Source of the DNA: Diplonema japonicum
Taxonomy: Eukaryota; Protista; Euglenozoa: Diplonemea
NCBI GenBank assembly: GCA_964019335.1
Contig: OZ025709.1
Coordinates: forward strand, 442,389 to 506,388
Length of the DNA stretch: 64,000 nucleotides
Direction of reading: 5' to 3'
The position numbers were made by a program, and so were the translations under genes. Under the pieces are notes generated by a model. That model was not told the origin of the DNA, made no database searches, and worked only from the letters and a program-made list of their open reading frames with translations. How positions within the stretch are numbered: the stretch's first letter is position 1; each line of letters begins with the position of its first letter. Shown in pieces: positions 11,351-24,477 of the stretch.

Positions 11351-12819
11351 CTTTTTTCTTTTTCCAATTCTCTTTTTCACTTTTGAGCCTAAAAGTTAAA
11401 AGAAATGGGGGAAGAAATTCAGGTCCCTGGGGACCTTGCCAACACTGAGCAGTGTGAAAAAAACTCAAAGTACAGGACAAGCCCCCCGCTAGAGGGCCCT
11501 ATGGGAGGGGGGGGGGGGGGGGGGGGGGGGTCTATCTGTTAATACTCCCCTTCTGGAGCATTGCTTTAATTTCGATCGTGGCTGTGAGCGTCTTGCGAAG
11601 TCGAGTGATGCGATCCCGCTTGTAGGCGGCCTTCAAATCCATCAGCTTGTCGTGCATGGACTGGGTAGCAAAAATGGGCCTCCTGGAGAAGCCTATAGCT
11701 GCCTTTCCTCCTATGGCGATGAGGGACTTCACCCTTTTCTGCTCATCCGCTGGGAAGGGGCGTCGCTTCTTCCGTGCCCTGCACGCTGCGTTTATCTTTA
11801 CGAAAAAAAAAACCCTCCCAAACAAACTTTCCCCAATAATAAGATAAGATAGAAACATGCAAGTGCAGACACAGGAACAAGCCCACACCGATCACATGGA
11901 ATAAACCCGGGTTACACTGCAGATCCAAGCTTGAGTACCACCCAACATCAACACTTAGGCACTGCCAAGGCAGACCAGGTATATTAAATGAGATGAGCAG
12001 GACAAATGGAAAAAAAAAAAAAAAAAGAAAGAAAGAAAGAAAAGAAGGGGAAAAAGAAACAAGAGTGTGAATGAAAGGGAACAGTAGATTGGGGGGATAA
12101 GAAGAATGTCATGAAAAAGAAGGAAGAGAAAAAAAATGGGGCTTTGATTGCAACACTAGGTGGCGTTAAGCGTGCAATGACGGAAAAAATAACTATTGAT
12201 TTTTAACCACTAAAGGACCATGAGGACATTTGTGTCCTTAAGAAAAACTATATTTTCTATATGACACTTTTTGTGCCCACGGCCCCTGGACTTTACTAAG
12301 ACCCGTTGTTCCGCGATTTTTGTTAACCCATAAAGGACCGCTGTTTTTCGTCCAAAAAGTCGATTTTGAACTTTTCGTTCAGATACCAAAATAAAATGGC
12401 AAGGGTGGGAGTTAGAGGGTGTGTACCTATATTATTTCCACTACCCCATTTCTGGAGCGTGAAGCGGCCTGCATTTCAGCCTCAGACGCGCCCAAACTTT
12501 TGGTGGTAGAGCAGCATTCGAGAGAAACAACTCTGCAAAGGGCACATGCTATGTCGCGGAGGTTCCATGGTTTCGGCAAGCAGCGCTTATTCAGCGTGCA
12601 GGGTGGGCTGGTTATTTTTTTTTCACCACTTAAGGCCGTTGAACACAAGGTCCGGGTGCCGCAGATATGCGACTTGTCCAATTTAAACGTATTTTTATTT
12701 TCAAGTGGTTTTCAAGAGGTTTTCAGGTGGTTTTTTAAGGTGTCGTTTAGTGTGAAAAATTTCGAAACGGGCACAGGGCACATTGCTACGTTGCAATCTC
12801 TGCACAAGAACATGGTCTA

Positions 12820-13690
12820 AGTGCGTTTTTTCTCTAGTTTGTTGCACACAGTGCAATTCCGTGCCTGCATCGAAAAAGCTGTGAAAGAACTTCCGATCAC
12901 ACAATACGAACGGCAGGCAATACAGACAAATGAAGTAGGAAACACGATCCACCATACTCAGGGCTCGCATCTCTTGGACAACACATCTCTTTGCTGCGAG
13001 ATTTGAGCCTTGAGAATGAGGCAAACCCTGCGACAGCGACAACTCTGGCGTCGGCTCAGAGATCGGACTGCACTTTTCTTTCACCGCTTGGGGATCTTTG
13101 CAGCTGTCTTCTTCAGCTTTTCTGCCAGCTTCGCTTTCGCACCAGGGCTGTGTCTGCACTCCCAGTGCTCCTTCAGCTTCCCCGATCTTGACCGGATGGT
13201 CACCGCACGTTCAACACACTCAGGAGCAAGACACGGCCGCTTCTCCATGACCGTGCCATCCTTTTCCTTCGTCACTATCTTGCCAAAGTAGTACTCCTGA
13301 GAAGGGTCGATACCATGTGCATCACCAACAGACCATGTCTTGTTGTCCCAGATGGATGTCTTGGGTGCTGTTGTAGAACATTCCTTGGCAGGTGCTTCCA
13401 ACATGACTAGTGCATTTCCGGTGTTACCTTAGGTTGTAAGGCTTCAGCCATCAGAACCTTGATGGTGTCTTGCAGCTCCGTGATTCATGCTTTTGCAAGA
13501 CCAAGTTTTGCCATGGTATCGCGAAGCTGGTATGGGTTGTGGGTTATCGTCTTCATGGCCTCAAGACGATAAACCCGTTCGTCTTCCACATTTGGGGGGA
13601 AGTGGTGCAGGTACCCGGGATCCTGTGTATACTCACACGAAACAGCAACACTGGATTGCTTTCCGTTGGTTTTCCACAAAGATGTTTCTC
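12820..13690 (-). pseudogene. hAT-like transposase 5' fragment with BED-type Zn finger
   Basis: CLAPEC...LKEHWECRH followed by VSYFICLYCLPFVLCDRKFFHSFF, with stops and frameshifts. Homologous (inverted) to 19040-19720. Confidence 0.6.
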
Positions 13691-15196
13691 AGCGCCAGGG
13701 TGTTTTTAAATATATTGGAGTGGGTATGGGGGCTTTTTTCTTTCACTCTTTCAATTCGCTTTCCCACCAATGGAATCAAGTTAATTTTTTATTCCCTGTA
13801 CTATTATTTTACATTTAAAGAAGCGCATTCAGTTTGAAAAAAAAAGGGGGGGGGGTTGCAAGTTCCTTTGGAAAATATTAGCGAAACATAACAAAGGGGT
13901 AAAACCAAAACGGATTGTATTTTTTTTTTAAAAAATAAACTTCTTTTTTTTTTTTTTTTTGGCTGGCCAAGCCCTCTCCTTTCTTTTTCTCCCTCCCTGG
14001 CCTCGGGTAGGGGTTGGGGTGGGTGGGGCCCAGGTGGGTGAAAATGAAGAGTGAAAAAAGGGTACACAAGTCTATCCTGGCTTGCTTTTCTTTTACGGAC
14101 GCTTTGCTCACTTTTGGGTAGGGAGGTGAGCAACTCATATCTACAAGTTTTGCCCTGGGTTACGTTTTTTCTTTTTTTTCTTTTTTCTTCTTTTTTCTTT
14201 CTGGGGGTGCGGTTGTTGGCATAACGTGGGTATAATCACTTGTTCCTTTCTTTTTCTTTTTTTTCTCTTCGTGGCGCTCTTCTTACTTCACACTTGTTCT
14301 CTTTTCTTCCTTTTTTTTCTTTTTCTGAGGGTAAACGTGTTGGGTTGTTTGGGTTCACGGGATTAGATAAGGCTGCTGCTCACAAACTTTCTTTTTCTTC
14401 CTCTTTCTTCTTTTCATGGCGCTCTTCTTATCTTTATTAATCTTACACTTGTTCTCTTTTTTTTCTTTTCCTTTTTCTTTTTTCTTTTCTTATTTTTTTT
14501 TTTTTTTTTCATTTGTCCTGCTCATCCCATTAAATATCTCAATTCTCACACTATTTCCTTTCTTTTTATTTTTCGCTCCCGTTTTTTTTTTTCCTTTTTT
14601 TTTTTACTATTCTATTTACTTCTACTGCTGGTCCTGTGCGATCATCACTTCGATTGAACTGAAGAGGTCTGCGGTCTGCTGTGGTTTTTCGAGGAGTGCC
14701 TCTGCAAGGCCTTTGGCTCCACGTATCAGGAACTCATTTTTGAAAATATGGAAAGAAACGTAAAGAAGAAAAAACTATGTTCTTACGTTTTTCGTGGTGT
14801 GTGGGTTAGATAGAGCACAGACCCGGTTTCGTCCCTTACAACGACCCCTGGGTACGTGGGACTTATCAGCTGTGTCGCACCCTTTGCGGTCCGCCTGTGG
14901 CCAACAGGTGGAGGGCCAGTGTGCTCTATCGCGTCGGGTTGGGTTGGGGGGGCTGGCGGAAGGATGGAGGTGCTGCTGCGTTCGTTGTCATGGAAGGTGT
15001 GTGGGTGCCTGACAAGAAGCAATCACCAATGGAATAAATATTTGTTAGTGATCATCCCTCGTCGTCGGTGGGTCCTCTTACCCACTACCTGTAAACGCAA
15101 GGTCTGGGCCAAAGCTTGGTTGGTAGGCTATTATGCGCTGCAATGCGGTTTCGTCCCTCTCCACCGGATGGAAGCATGAAAGATTGGTCATTGCAT

Positions 15197-16246
15197 TCAA
15201 GGATCACCAATGGAAGAAAGATTGGTCATCGCATTCAAGTCGACGGTTTCTAGTTTTTCGCACCTTGCCAAGAAGCAATGACCAATGGAAGAAAGATTGG
15301 TCATCGCATTCAAGTTGATGGTTTCTAGGTTTTCGCACCCATGCAAGAAGTAATGACCAATGGAAGAAAGATTGGTCATCGCATTCAAGTTGATGGTTTC
15401 TAGTTTTCTGCACCCATGCAAGAAGCTATGACCAATGGAAGAAAGATTGGTCATCGCATTCAAGTTGATGGTTTCTAGGTTTTTGCACCCATCCAAGAAG
15501 TAATTACCAATGGAAGAAAGATTGGTCATCGCATTCAAGTCGACGGTTTCTAGTTTTTCGCACCTTGCCAAGAAGCGATCACCAATGGAAGAAAGATTGG
15601 TCATCGCATTCAAGTTGATGGTTTTTAGTTTTTCGCACCTATCCAAGAAGCAATCACCAATGGAAGAAAGATTGGTCATCGCATTCAAGTTGATGGTTTC
15701 TAGGTTTTTGCACTCATCTAAAAAAAAATCATCAATGGTGGAAACATTGGGGAGGATGAGATCAACAGACGTCAGGTGGTCGCACCCTTGAAGAAACCCA
15801 GCGTCTATTCTTGCAACACAGCCTGTGGAGTCGGTGACAACGAGTAACCGAAGTCCAGAAGGAAGGCGTGTCCTGCTCGTGGACAAGACTTCGACAGCTG
15901 GAGAGTCCCCCACCTCCACCACCAGAACCAGCTCAGGGTCAGCTGACACAAGCCCCTCAAGCTCCGAAACCACATCTGAGCTCTTAAGCTCCTCCAGCTG
16001 AACGGTTCTCATCTTCGCCTCCACATGGACCACGCTGCCCTCCACGAGCCCAAGTTCCTGAACTTCCTCACCCCCGTTCTTGTCCAGGACCTCTCCCTCC
16101 CAAACCAGTTTGAACTTGCCCTCGAGTAAACCAGCAGCACACCCCGCCTTCTTGTACAGGATCCCAATTGTCTCCTTCCCTGACACTTCCACATCGTGGA
16201 CCCCACCTCTCGTCTTCACGAACACTGTCATTCTCTTTCCATTCAT
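15197..16246 (-). CDS. Ubiquitin-like domain + leucine-rich repeat protein (BspA-like, 25-aa repeats)
   Basis: N-terminus MTVFVKTRGGVHDVEVSGKETIGILYKK..KLVWEGEVL..LGLVEGSVVHV is ubiquitin-fold-like. About 7 near-identical 75-bp repeats encode LETINLNAMTNLSSIGxxFLxxCxx. Confidence 0.85.
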   Translation of the reverse strand: MNGKRMTVFVKTRGGVHDVEVSGKETIGILYKKAGCAAGLLEGKFKLVWEGEVLDKNGGEEVQELGLVEGSVVHVEAKMRTVQLEELKSSDVVSELEGLVSADPELVLVVEVGDSPAVEVLSTSRTRLPSGLRLLVVTDSTGCVARIDAGFLQGCDHLTSVDLILPNVSTIDDFFLDECKNLETINLNAMTNLSSIGDCFLDRCEKLKTINLNAMTNLSSIGDRFLARCEKLETVDLNAMTNLSSIGNYFLDGCKNLETINLNAMTNLSSIGHSFLHGCRKLETINLNAMTNLSSIGHYFLHGCENLETINLNAMTNLSSIGHCFLARCEKLETVDLNAMTNLSSIGDP

Positions 16247-16351
16247 GTTCTTTTAGTATTGTTCTTTTTTCTGTTCTTCTTTTTTTTCGTTTTTTCTAAT
16301 GTATTTTCCCTGTGTGTTTGTCTCAGAGGCTGCAGAAGTCAAATGAAGAAG

Positions 16352-16630
16352 AATATATGAGTTAAACTTCAAGGAGGCCGGTGTTGGCGGCGCCCTGCAC
16401 AAGAACTGTCTACTTGATTACAGGGGGTGCGCCGCGGCCGAGTTGTAGCTTCTTCTGCGTCCCGCGTCGTGTCCTTAATGTGTGCGGTGTACAGCTCAAC
16501 CCCAGCCGGTGCATCCTGGGTAACCAAGATTCTGCGCTTGTGCAGTTTGCTGCCTGTTTGTCACCCTGAGCATCTGCATTATGTTCTTCCACTCGGGCGC
16601 TACTGGTGATGACCGACGCGGAGGTCAACA
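16352..16630. repeat. Dispersed repeat family with end TATATGAGTTAAA(..)GGAGGCCGGTGTTGGCGGCGCC
   Basis: Related copies at ~20225-20830 (inverted), 23145-23300, 23600-24200, 24580-24790, 31541-31580 (inverted) and 34722-34797. Confidence 0.7.
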
Positions 16631-16751
16631 GCGAACAACAGCCCTCAAACTACAAGCAGAGGATCAAGAGGAGAAAAAGTGGGGGGAGTGGATGGACAGG
16701 CTGGAAAACTTCTCTGGAGTCCTAGAACAGAGGCAGTGTTGTTACGAGAAT

Positions 16752-17834
16752 GGGTTGCCCCCCCCCGAGATTTTCGGGGGGGGCATGGGGGGGGGGGGCA
16801 AATCCAGGGGGGCGGGGGGGTGGGGGGGGGCAAAAAAATTTTTTTTCAACCCCAATATTGCCAGCCATGCCCCATTCCACCCAAGGTAGGCTATCAGGTA
16901 GTCTTTTCTGACAGATTTTCTGGTTCTATTGGGGTGTCTTGTTGGGTTAGGTTATTTTTTAAAACAACCTGCCAATAAAGTACAGTAAAAACAGGGGGGG
17001 GGGGGGGGTAAATACAAAGAATGAGAAAGGTAAGTTATAAAGGAAAGAAAAATGACAGATGGACCATTACTAGGCCAAGTACAGGTGCCCTTAGTGAAAA
17101 AAATCTTATTTTCTGAGGTAAAATATCACTTTTCAGGTGTTTTTGACAATTTTTTTTGTGAGGAAAAAAATTCTTTGGGCACTTTTTTTTTGACCCATGA
17201 CCATCTCACTTTCACTATTAGCCTCATTAAGGTCTAGAATAGGTATTTTTGAGGGGAAAAAAAATTTTTTTTGAGAAAAAATCAATTTAAGGGTGTTTTT
17301 GGCCACTTTTTTTGGGAGGAAAAACAATTTTTTTGGACACTATTTTTTTTTTTTTTCCAGCACCCCATGCACCCAATAAAGTACAGTAAAAAAAAGGGGG
17401 GGTAAATACAAAGAATGAGAAGGGTAAGTCATAAAGGAGAGAAAACCAACAGATGGACCATTACTAGGCCTGATATAGGTACCCTTTTAGAAAAAAATCA
17501 ATTTTTCTGAGGTAAAAAACCACTTTTCAGGTGTTTTTGACCACTTGTTCATGTGAAAAATAATTTTTTTTGGGCACCTTTTTTTTTGACCCCCAAACTT
17601 CTCTTTCACCCCACTTCACTAAAAGCCTCTATTAAGGCCTAGGATAGGTACTTTTGAAAAAAAAAAAAAATTTTTTTTGGAAAAAAAATCAATTTTTGGG
17701 TGTCTTTGACAACTTTTTTTGGGTGGAAAAAAATTTTTTTGGACACTATAAAAAAAATTTTTTTGCCCCCCCACCCCCCCCACCCCCCTGGATTTGCCCC
17801 CCCATGCCCCCCTGAAAATCTCGGGGGGGCAACC
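16752..17834. mobile_element. Non-autonomous TIR element containing an internal ~400-bp direct duplication
   Basis: GGGTTGCCCCCCCCCGAGATTTTC..GGCAAATCCAGGGGGG at the left is inverted at 17750-17834. 16972-17350 is repeated at 17374-17750. Confidence 0.65.
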
Positions 17835-18092
17835 AGTGTTGGTCCAGACCCTTGAGGGACTCAGGGGACTCCAAGGGACAGGACAGGAGTCCCCTGAAAT
17901 TTTCAGGGGTCTGGAGGGGACTCAGGGGACTCTTGGGACCAAAAAATTTCTTTGTGTTTTTTGTGTCACAAAGACCCAAATTTAGGCTGGGGCTTGCATT
18001 TTTTTGGTACTTTTGGTTTCAAAAGTTCAAAAAAAGAGGTCCTAGGTTTGGGTGGGATCTTAGGCAAGGCTCATACTACCTTGTTGTGACTA

Positions 18093-18129
<37 letters not shown>

Positions 18130-18799
18130 CCTGGCATGTATTCCTTATCATGACAAAAGTACAACACAAATTATGTAAAAAAAAAAAAAAGAAGAAGAAA
18201 AAATCTAACTTTCAGTTATGAAAGGGCAGCCCTTCTGGGAGTTTTTTTTAGAAATTTCGACACAGAAAATATTTTATACACTGTATGGTACAATATAAAA
18301 CAACACTTTGGTGTGTTGTGTTGTGTTGTGTTGTGTTACTTCAACACATTTTTTGTGTCAAGTGTATGAAATGTGAACAGAAAACACATCATGTTGCTTC
18401 ACATTGTGTTGCATTGCTGTCAGAGTCAATGTGTATTTATACAGTATTTAGCCTTTGTTTATCATTTTCTTTGTATTATTTTTTACAATTAACAGATAAA
18501 ATGATTGTGGTACTTGTTCTGCTTCTGTTCTTCGTTCCCGACACCGAAGCTGTGCCAAGTAGCAAAGAAGGTGAAAGGGGTGCAGAGGGTGCAGAGGATA
18601 AGCACCAGAAACATGACTGCCAACTCAACATGGCATGGCATGGGCTATGTTCAGGTAAATCTGAACTAGAGGAGGAGGAAGAAGAGGAGGAAATCAATAC
18701 AAAAATGAAGAGAAAAGTTTAAACATTTGAAAAAAAAAAAAAAAAAAAAAAAAAAAATAAAGAAGTGCAAAAGAGAAAGTTCAAGTACAAGTAGCAGCA

Positions 18800-20060
18800 G
18801 TGGCAGCATTGATGGACGCATCTTAACGCAAAAGGCATCAACTGTGTTCTCACAGAAATATGTGAAAACACAAGACCTTACCCAGACTGGCAACAAGAAT
18901 GGCCTCAGCCATGATGAAATGTTGCATTTCATGATGGGGAAAGGAGAAGGCACAACCTTCAGAGCCCACTTCTGGGGCACTGGAGGGGAGTGACACAAGA
19001 AACCAACACAGGACGACATGGTTTCCGTCTGGGATGGGAAGATTGTTGGCATCTTGCCAGGTGTTGCTGTTTTGTGTGAGTATGCACAGGATCCTGGGTA
19101 CCTGCACTACTTCCCCCCAAATGTGGAAGATGAACAGGTTTATTGTCTTGAGGCCATGAAGATGATAAACCACAACCCATACCAGCTTTGTGATACCATG
19201 GCAAAACTTGGTCTTGCAAAAGCACGAATCACAGAGCTACAAACACCATCAAAGTTCTGAAGGCTGAAGCCTTACAACCTAAGGCAACACACACCTTGTC
19301 CAGAAATGCACTAGTCATGTTGGAAGCACCTGCCAAGGAATGTTCTACAACACCCAAGACATCCATCTGGGACAACAAGACATGGTCTGTTGGTGATGCA
19401 CATGGTATCAACCCTTCTCAGGAGTACTACTTTGGCAAGATAGTGACAAAGGAAAAGGATGGCACAGTCATGGAGAAGCAGCAGTGTCTTGCTCCTGAGT
19501 GTGTTGAACGTGCGGTGACCATCTGGTTCACTGTCACAGGGTTTGCCTCATTCTCAAGGCTCAAATCTCACAGCAAAGAGATGTGTTGTCCAAGAGATGC
19601 AAGCCCTGAGTATGGTGGATCGTGTGTCCATTTTTCCTTTGCCTGTATTGCCTGCTGTTTGTTTTGTGTGATCAAAGTTCTTTCACAGCTTTTTCAATGC
19701 AGGCAAATTGAAAGGAATCAACAGGAAACACGTGCAAAGCCGTGTTGTTGAACTTGGACAGGAGACATACGCTGCTGTCCTAAACAGGCTCAAAGGGCAG
19801 AATGTGTACCTCCTTGTTGATGGGGCCACAATAAACCGTTGAAGCATCCTTGGCATTAGTATGTCAGATGGGAAGAACAGCTACTTTTGCAAGATAATAG
19901 ACCTTACAAAAGTGAGTGCCACTGCTGTCATTTCATCCCACATCCATGAAATGATACTGGAACTTCAGAGCCATGTTGTACATGTATTTTCAGTATGTGC
20001 TGATAATGCTAGTGCAAGCAGCACTTGCAAAGATACATCAAGACTTTGAAGTGGAACTCA
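18800..20060 (+). pseudogene. hAT-like transposase pseudogene
   Basis: CLAPEC Zn-finger remnant, then NVYLLVDGAT and VFSVCADNAS, which resemble the first two acidic motifs of hAT DDE transposases. Several stops and frameshifts. Confidence 0.65.
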
Positions 20061-21776
20061 ACCTTTCACTTGATGACACTGAGGATGTTAGCATGATGAT
20101 GATGCTTCAGGTGTCACTGACCTTGACTCCAACTCTGAAACCGACAGCAACTCCAACAACACTGAGCTCTCTGCCAGAATGGACCAGCTTTTGAACGATA
20201 CAACTACAATACAAAAAATTCCACATGCAGAATGCAGAAGAAGCTACAACCCAGCTGTGGTGCACCCCCTGTAATCAAGTAGACAATTCTTGTGCAGGGC
20301 ACTGCCAACACCAGCCTCCTTTAACTCTTGTATATTATTCCAAAGGTGGTGGGGATAACATGAAAAAACATCAGATGTGTTTCACTGTTGACCTCCTCAT
20401 TGGTCATCACTGAGCAAACCACATGAGTGCAGCTCTTGGTTATCTGGGGTTGAGCTGACCACATGCATTAAGGACACAACATGGAATGCAGAAGAAGCTA
20501 CAACCCGCAGTGCCACATGTATTAAGGACATGACATGGAATGCAGAAGTGGCCAAGGGTGCACCCCCTGTCACTGGTGTCTCCTTTACTTCTTTCATGTT
20601 ATTTGGTGGTGGGGATTACACAGAAATATGGAAATATAAGAAGTACATCAGATGTGTTGTTCACTGTTGACCTCCATGCTGGTCATCGCCAGTAGTGCCT
20701 GAGTGGAGGAATGTATTGCAGATGCTCAGGGTGATGAACTGGCAGCAAATTATGCACACCCAGAATCTTGGTTACCAGGGGTGCCATGGCTGGTGTTGAG
20801 CTGCACACTGCACACATTAAGGACACGACACGGAATATTGTGCTGTCAGTGTTGTGGTGATATAGTCACCACTTTCAACCTTGATGATGCAAAGAGGAAA
20901 AAAGGGGGGAAAGAAAAAAAAAATTAGGTAAGGAATTCCCTGTTCTGCCAAGTTCCACCAGTTCCACCATGTTCCACCAGTTCCACTAGTTCCACTAGTT
21001 CCACCATGTTCCACTGGTTCCACCACGTTCCACCATGTTCTGCCAGTTCTGCCATGTTCCACCAGTTCTACCAGTTCCACTTTCAACCTTGATGATGCAA
21101 AGAGGGAAAAAAAAAAAAAAAAAATGAAAAAAAAAGGGCAAAAAAAAAAAAATAGGTAAGGAATTCCCTGTTCCACCAAGTTCCAGTTCTGCCATTCTGC
21201 CAAGTTCCAACTTTTCAGTTTGGTGGAAGGGAACAGAATGACTTATCCCTGTCTGGACCAACACTGCTCTCAGGAGTAGGAAGTATTCAGTCATCATCAC
21301 TGCTTGTTTCATAGTCTCCATTCTGTTCAGGCAGTCAACAAACCAGGGCATGTGGGCCAAGGATCTTCCAATGCAAACGTGATCAGTGATCAGTGTAATT
21401 CCCACAAGTACCTTCCAAGCAGAAATAACTTCTGCCCCAAAGGCAACATTGCTTTCAAATGACTATGCCATTCCATTCAGACTGTATGTTGCCCTGTGGT
21501 GGATGGCATAGATGCACATCTATCTCTTCAACTATAAACTCCCCTATAGAACCCTCTTTGACCTTCTCATCATCTCCACCTGTTTGTATTTGGTGATTAT
21601 GGCCAAAGTGCAGAGGACAGGACTGTATGCTTACTGACTAACAATCTTACATGTTAAGAGCTGTCCTTCCCTCAAAACTGCACTTTTCTCAACTAGACTC
21701 CCACAAGCTTATGAAAAGCTTTCATGGAAATACTGGTTTAGGCTGCTGTTTCTCCCCTGGGTGAGCCTAAAAAAAA

Positions 21777-21848
21777 TCCACTGGAGTGGGGTTTGAACCC
21801 ACTTTGCCTAGGTACAGGGCAAAGCCCCCCCAACTAGACTACTATGCC
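21777..21848 (-). ncRNA. tRNA-like Pol III unit (pseudo-tRNA or SINE head)
   Basis: Minus strand GGCATAGTAGTCTAGTTGG (A box)..TTTGCC-ctgtaccta-GGCAAA..GTGGGTTCAAACCCCAC (B box/T arm), followed by a T8 run. No convincing acceptor stem. Confidence 0.5.
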
Positions 21849-22744
21849 TTCGAAAATATTTTCGGCTGAACTACTGGTCAGGAAAGATGCTGGCTTCTGA
21901 TTGAACCCTGTAAACCATGTTTTTCAAAGGGAAAAGTGCCCAGTTGCAAAAGTTTGGCAAAAATGGCCAAAACCCAAAATGGTGACTTCCAAGGTCATTT
22001 TGGTTGGCCCCCAATATTTTTTTTTTGGAAAATCTTTTTTGGAATTTCCTTGGAACTCACTGTTCTTTCATGTTTGCCATATGGATTTTTTGAAAAAAAA
22101 AAATTCAATGAACCTTTGGGCATTTTTGGCATTTTTTCCCCTATAACCCCTTTGGGACATAGGGTGGGTCACTTATCCTTTTTTTTTTTTTTTTTTTTGT
22201 ATATTGTGCACCAGGAGGTGCACATTGTGACACCTGCTTTTCCCTGTGCAGCATAGTGGTACATGTTATAAAACACGTGCTGTGTTGTGCACCCTGTGTT
22301 GCATACATCATGTGGAACATCAGGTATGTGAAATATGGTGTAAAATATGTCACAGCACACCACATGGTGTGGTCGAAAATTTGTGGTGTTGGGGTGGTTT
22401 GTGGGCCAGACCCTCAGACCCCAGTCTGGCCAACACTGCCCATCCCCCTTTTTTTTTTTTTTTTTTTTTTTGCATTGTACTTTTCTTGCAAAGGCCTCTT
22501 TTTAATATTTTTTTCAAAGCAGGTCTCCAAACCCCCTGACATTTTTTTAAATTTTTTTTTTTTTTTAACATAGTCACAACAAGGTAGTATGAGCCTTGCC
22601 TCACATCCCACCCAAACCTAGGACCTCTTTTTTTGAACTTTTGAAACCAAAAGTACCAAAAAAATGCAAGCCCCAGCCTAAATTTGGGCCTTTGTGACAC
22701 AAAAAACACAAAGAAATTTTTTGGTCCCAAGAGTCCCCTCCAGA

Positions 22745-24477
22745 CAGTGATGGGTGAATCCGGTCCGGTCCGGTGTACCCATTTTACCAGACTGACCAGA
22801 CTGACCGGATCGGCTGGACTGAGTCTGGACTGAGGCACTGACCAGACTGACCAGACTCAAAAATTTTCTGCAATTTTTGACACACCTGCAAACACTTTTT
22901 TTTCAAATATTTTTGGACAATGATTTTTTTTTTTTTTTTTTGCCTTTTTTTTTTTTTCTTTTTCTTCTTCTTCATACCACAGACATGCACAGCTCCATCA
23001 AGCCATTTGCACCTATCTACTCTGGTGCACTGCAGCTGCAGGTATGTACAAATGTCCGGAAATGTTGTATTTGGATGTAATACAACCCGGCTGTGGTGAT
23101 CGATGCGGAACACAGAAGAAGCTACAACCCGGCCGTGGTGAGAGATATATGAGTTAAAGGACCTGCACAAGACTACTTGATTACAGGGGGTACACCACAG
23201 CCGAGTTGTAGCTTCTTCTGCGTTCCGTGTCGTGTCCTTAATGTGTGTGGTGTTCAGCTCAACCCCAGCCGGGGCGTCCTGGGTAACCAAGATTCTGCTT
23301 GTGCAGGATTGGGTCGTTCCATTCCCTTCCGCCAAACTGAAAGTCGGAACTTGGCAGAATGGCAGAACCGGAACTTGGTGGAACAGGGAATTCCTTACTT
23401 TTTTTTTTTGTTTTAACAATATTATTGTCGAGACTAAAAACTAGTTGATGGCAGCATAATGAGCTATTTTATTAGGTAAAATTCCGCTCGTGCACACAAA
23501 CAAATGGAGTGTCAAACTAGTTTCCCCCCCCCTTTTTTTTTCCTCTTTGCATCATCAAGGTTGAAAGTGGTGACTATATCACCACAACACTGACAGCACA
23601 ATATTCCGTGTCGTGTCCTTAATGTGTGCAGTGTGCAGCTCAACACCAGCCATAGCCCTGGTAACTAAGATTCTGGGCCTGTGTAGTTTGCTGCCAGTTC
23701 ATCACCCTGAGCATCTGCAATACGTTCCTCCACTCAGGCACAACCGGTGATGACCAACATGGAGGTCAACAGCGAACAACACATCTGATGTACTTCTTTA
23801 TATTTCCATATTTCTTTGATCCCCACCACCAAATAACATGAAAGAGGTAAAGGAGACCAGTGACAGGGGGTGCACCTTGGCCGCTTCTGCGTTCCGTGTC
23901 GTGTCCTTAATGCATGCGGTGTGCAGCTCAACCCCAGCTGGTGCCCTAAGTAGTTTACTCACCCTGAGCATCTGCAATTTGTTCTTCCACTCAGGGTGCT
24001 ACAGGTGATGACCGGCCAAGTGGATGGAGGAAATGCCTGTTCGTCGTGTTGGCGGTGCCTGCACAAGAACTGTTAACTTGATACAGGGGGGCACTGCAGC
24101 TTAGTTGTAGCTTCTTCTGTGTTCTGTGTTGTGTTCTTAATGTGTGCAGTGTGCAGCTTAACCCCAGCCGTAGCAACCCGGGGTAACCAAGATTCTGCGG
24201 CAAAAAAAAAGGGGGGGATGTGGTGTTGTGGTTGTATCTTGTCCGGTCCGGTTCAGTCCAGTCCGGTCCAGTCCGGTCCGGTCCAGTCCAGTCCGGTCCG
24301 GTCCAGTCCGGTCCAGTCTGGTCCGGTCCGGTCCAGTCCGGTCCAGTCTGGTCCGGTCCGGTCCGGTCCAGTCCGGTCAGTCCGGTCAGTCCGGCATAAT
24401 TGGGTCGAAATTCACGCCGGATCCGGTCCGGTCCGGTCCAGTCCGGTCTAGTCCTAATTAGGATTCACCCATCACTG
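22745..24477. mobile_element. Nested non-autonomous hAT-like element with CAGTGATGGGTGAATCC TIRs
   Basis: 17-bp perfect TIR at 22745 and ending at 24477. Flanking direct repeat CTCCAGA at 22738-22744 and 24478-24484. Subterminal CCGGT/CCAGT arrays. Confidence 0.85.
24240..24455. repeat. (GTCCG/GTCCA)n pentamer array, subterminal repeat of the nested element
   Basis: Directly visible. A shorter counterpart lies at 22760-22857. Confidence 0.9.

Noticed and set aside
12200-12820. piggyBac-like ends (TTAACC..TAAAGGACC at 12203 and 12323)
   Set aside because: Only same-orientation copies are seen, with no matching inverted end or transposase.
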